From NCBI RefSeq assembly GCF_046119375.1, contig NW_027362876.1, positions 2,852,001 through 2,916,000 of the forward strand: DNA of 64,000 nt. The letters run 5' to 3'. Position 1 is the first letter of the stretch; every line of letters starts with the position of its first letter. This document shows positions 60,579-64,000 of the stretch, piece after piece. The notes under the pieces are model-generated. The model did no database searches and had not been told where the DNA came from. It was given only the letters and a program-made list of their open reading frames with translations. The stretch comes from Phyllobates terribilis. Taxonomy: Eukaryota. The position numbers were made by a program, and so were the translations under genes.

Positions 60579-61702
60579 GTTGTTAGGGATACCCGGAGCC
60601 GGATCAGATGGGGGTTGTAGTCTCCGAGTGGCTGTGACCCGGTCCGTGCCCAGGGTGTCAAACTCAGTGTGCGGCAGTCCTTGCAGATGTTCTTAGTGTC
60701 GACTACGCCACCCGTTGATTTGCGGTCAAAAGGCCGCCGCTGCAGGATGGTCCGCTGAGGCTGGTGGTGTGTGTGCAGCTGTGGTAGTATAACCCCCAAC
60801 GGGAGGGGTATAGCCTCAGGGGGTCAGACGTGGAGGATGGTGGTTGTGAAGGTGCAGCAAGGAGACTCAGAGGCATGAAATGCAGTTTCAGGGTTTTTAC
60901 TCACTGGTGTTGCTCGGGTCACTCTGTACAGCAGTGACCACCCAAGCCGTGCTGCGTCCACCAGGTGCGGGACTCGGTCAACTCCCGGGCAATTCCTGAG
61001 TATGGTCCTGAGCTCCCTTCTTCTCTCTCTCTCTCTGGCCGTTCCCACCAGGGATCCACCTGTGTCCGGCTCCCTCGGGTCTCTTGTTGGTTGAACCTTT
61101 CCTGACTTCCCTGACCCTATGCTCGGTGTGCCATTCTGGTGGATTTGGTGAGGGTCGTGGCAGATCCTGCCCACGACCTCCGGTTCCTGGCTAAGGTTTG
61201 CTTTGGCCTCCGCCAGCTTGGGATCCGGTACCCTTTTGCCGACCCTTCACCCTTTTGTCCTTATTCTGGGATCTTGGGGTCCCCTCTCGTCCTGCTCCTC
61301 TGGGTCCCTCTTCCTTCTCCTCTCCTGGAGTTACTGCTGACTCTCTGACTGACTGACTGACCCTGTCCTAAGATGGTGCCCACCTTATATACTCCCTCTA
61401 TGTGTGAGCTCAGGTGACCAGCACCCAATGAGCTCCTACATTTACCCAGACTACTCCCCCTATCTGCCCCTACACTACTGGGATGTTCCACCCCCCTCCC
61501 ACTCCAGCCAGGGACAGACGCTGTCGTACCTGCACATAAACTGGTGGGAGTACCGTTGATCTGTCCCCCGGAAATGGGATGTATGTAGTGCATGCAGCCT
61601 TCTAGCTCAGTTCCATACTCCATCCTTACCCGGGAGTGGAATACCACACCTCTGGCTTGAGGTGTAATACCCCTGTAGCAGCCGAGTCCTCAGGGTGCTA
61701 CA
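60557..61702 (-). repeat. 5' LTR of the CSD element (1146 bp)
   Basis: Differs from the 3' LTR by about 3 substitutions and a 4-bp (CT)n indel. Confidence 0.92.
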
Positions 61703-62074
61703 TCTACCTTTGGGCACACAACACCATATCAATTCAAGTCACCAGGTAGACCAAAAATTGGTATTTCTCACTTAATTTTCCCTATCTGACTCATCACCAG
61801 GAAATTGTTCTCCTGTATGCCCATGTAGCTCAGAATGAGGCTCCTACAAAGTATAATGGCCCCCACACAGTATGATGGCCCCCACAGCCCCTCATAGAGT
61901 ATTATGGCCACAATAGCCTGCTAAACAAAATGAGGACACGCACTCAATATGGAGGCCATTAAAGTCCATCAAAGCACCCAACACAGTTTAACGGCCCCCA
62001 GCAGCCACCCACTCTCTATGAGAGCCCCAACAGCCCTTCACTTAATATGATGCCACCATAATTACTTAAGAAAA

Positions 62075-62078
<4 letters not shown>

Positions 62079-62115
<37 letters not shown>
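62079..62115. repeat. (CA)n microsatellite
   Basis: Direct reading. Confidence 0.95.
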
Positions 62116-62117
<2 letters not shown>

Positions 62118-62599
62118 CAACCAACCCCGTTCCTGGGTGCACTGCTCCGGTCTGTGCAGTGTGAGTACTGAGGCTCCATACTACAGGTGTAATGTAGTGA
62201 CATCATTCTGCCTGCAGTGCACAGAGACTCAGATTCACAGGCGAAGGCTGAATGATGGATAAGTGAGCTTTCGACTTCCTGATTCATTATCGTATTCAAT
62301 GGTATTACCGTCACAGGAATGTGGATGTAGCTGAAATTTTGATGATTGGGAAGGAGAGGGTGCCCATTGCTGACCCGCACCGAGCACTCTCAATTCACAG
62401 GCATTATAGTGGCCACATGGGCTGCCACTATGGATGATATGCCCCTGCCTATCCAACTATTGTGTGGTAAATATCTTATAGGTTCTGGGTTCATTAGTAT
62501 CTGCACCAAGAATGGTGCTGAGTTTTTATTAATTGCCATGGGGTAGTCGGTGAGATGGGTGGTACAAAATTGTGTGTCTAATGGGTAGTACTGTGGGAA

Positions 62600-64000
62600 A
62601 CCCTCCGCCCCCCAAATTAAAATATATGCACTAAAAACTGGACTAACATATATATACTTAAAACTACAAGCTGAATGGCTTACCCTATCCTGTACCTAAA
62701 CAAAGCTGTTACAGCCTAAGTGTGGAGTTTGGCACCCCTAAGAGACGACAATGGCATCCCCACTCACCGGTGGCTGTCCCTCAGAAGCCCTAGATAACCC
62801 TGATACATATACATACATACATATATCTCTCAAACAATACACTGATACATTAAATAGGACCACGTATGTCTCAAGGTATATGTAAAGGAAAGGGTATGGT
62901 ACTCATCTGAGAATGTTTCAATAATCCGCCTCAACGTGTTTCCCCAACAGCTTCATCAGGAGGCTTGATACAAGGATGTTAATTCATGATGTTCAGCATA
63001 GTGTGCCTAACAGCCAGGTGTCCATGTTTAAATATCCCAAAACCCCTCCCCAGACTAGGAGAACCATTCCCTTTCCTAAAAGTGAATTGTCATAGGATAT
63101 ACAGAATGGAGTCTGTCTACAATAATGTACTGCGCTTGAGCTTCTTCTCATGCGCGAGAGGTCCGATAATGTCCATCTCCTAGTGTGCATGTCCGGAAGT
63201 GACTAGCTATAAAGTTTAACGGCAGATAAACTGATTGCTGCCACGCTACTCGTATCCTTCACTGCGCATGACCGTAGTTATGCATTCCACGCCGGAGAGC
63301 ATCTAGGGTAATTTTTGGCGATTGTGCATGTCCGGACGTGCCGGAGTGCATATTGAATCTGGATTGCATTCCTCCCATATAGAAAAGTCCTGTCTCTGAG
63401 ATCAGCGTCATGGGAGACTAAAAACAAGTATTGCACACCCTCCCATCATGAAATAGGCATGTAGATCTACTTTATCACTACATAAAATATGGGATGAGAG
63501 CCCACAGTATATTCCTAAATGGCCAAATTTGACCCCCATTACATAATTGGAGATATACAATGATCACCACACTTGTTAATTACTAAATAGTATATGTGTG
63601 ATATAACTGATAAGAAATAATTCTGATATAGAAGCTCAGATCTCTTGATGAAGTAAAACAGTATGTGACCCTCATTCACTGGGAACTGAGTAGAAATGGG
63701 TAGAGCATAAAACCCAAAAATGTAATTCAGAATATGGATGTATTCACACAAACAGGCATAGGAAATTTGCTCATCGAGTCCCTTAGGGGCTCGTGAATCC
63801 AGTCTGGAAATCCACTCTCTTTCCTTTTTGATACATCTATTGTGATCACCTCCTCTGACACTGGGTTTAACCACCACAATGATACAAAAGGAGATGTTTC
63901 CCTCGATGTGCACTGTTCATGTGTCTCACTAATTGGGGTGTCCTGACCATGGCATAAATTACCCAAAAGCCCCTTCCCCCACCCTCCTCCTAGACTGCCT
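62600..64000 (-). mobile_element. 3' part of a third Penelope-like element, continuing past the window edge
   Basis: VKPSVRGGDHNRCIKKEREWISRLDSRAPKGLDEQISY resembles the GIY-YIG C-terminus; a hammerhead-like motif lies downstream. Confidence 0.7.
62928..62964 (-). ncRNA. Minimal hammerhead ribozyme motif (stem III imperfect)
   Basis: GCCTC-CTGATGA-AGCTGTTGGG-GAAA-CACG-TT-GAGGC. Confidence 0.7.

Larger units (their letters stand above)
56993..61702 (-). mobile_element. LTR retroelement lacking gag/pol and carrying one long ORF with a cold-shock domain
   Basis: Repeats 60557-61702 and 56993-58134, about 99.6% identical; tRNA-Ser PBS; PPT AGGGGGGAA (58143-58135) before TGTAGCACC; no TSD found. 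Confidence 0.88.

Overview
Vertebrate genomic DNA, most likely from a frog (inferred from the FAX/KRAB-like C2H2 genes and the mix of Penelope, DIRS, CR1, L1/L2 and Tc1 elements). Two six-exon paralogous zinc-finger genes (3756-8015 on +, 52275-47104 on -) face each other tail-to-tail as an inverted duplication. About 35 kb of stacked transposons lies between them, including a four-level nest: L1 > Sleeping-Beauty-like Tc1 > DIRS > endogenous retrovirus (ERV). The two most unusual items are retroelement cargo. (1) A young, internally deleted class I ERV (LTRs 99.4% identical, tRNA-Lys PBS) whose Gag carries, among its late-domain motifs, a RanBP2-type zinc finger and the N-terminal half of a macrodomain; its leader also has five hairpins sharing one loop motif. 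(2) A young LTR element (tRNA-Ser PBS) with no recognisable gag or pol, whose only long ORF ends in a cold-shock domain and is preceded by a phased array of E2F-like sites. Minimal hammerhead-ribozyme motifs occur in the Penelope-like elements. No searches could be run, so domain calls rest on motif recognition and novelty is unverified. Exon, LTR, TSD and motif coordinates were counted directly; outer limits of degraded repeats are approximate.
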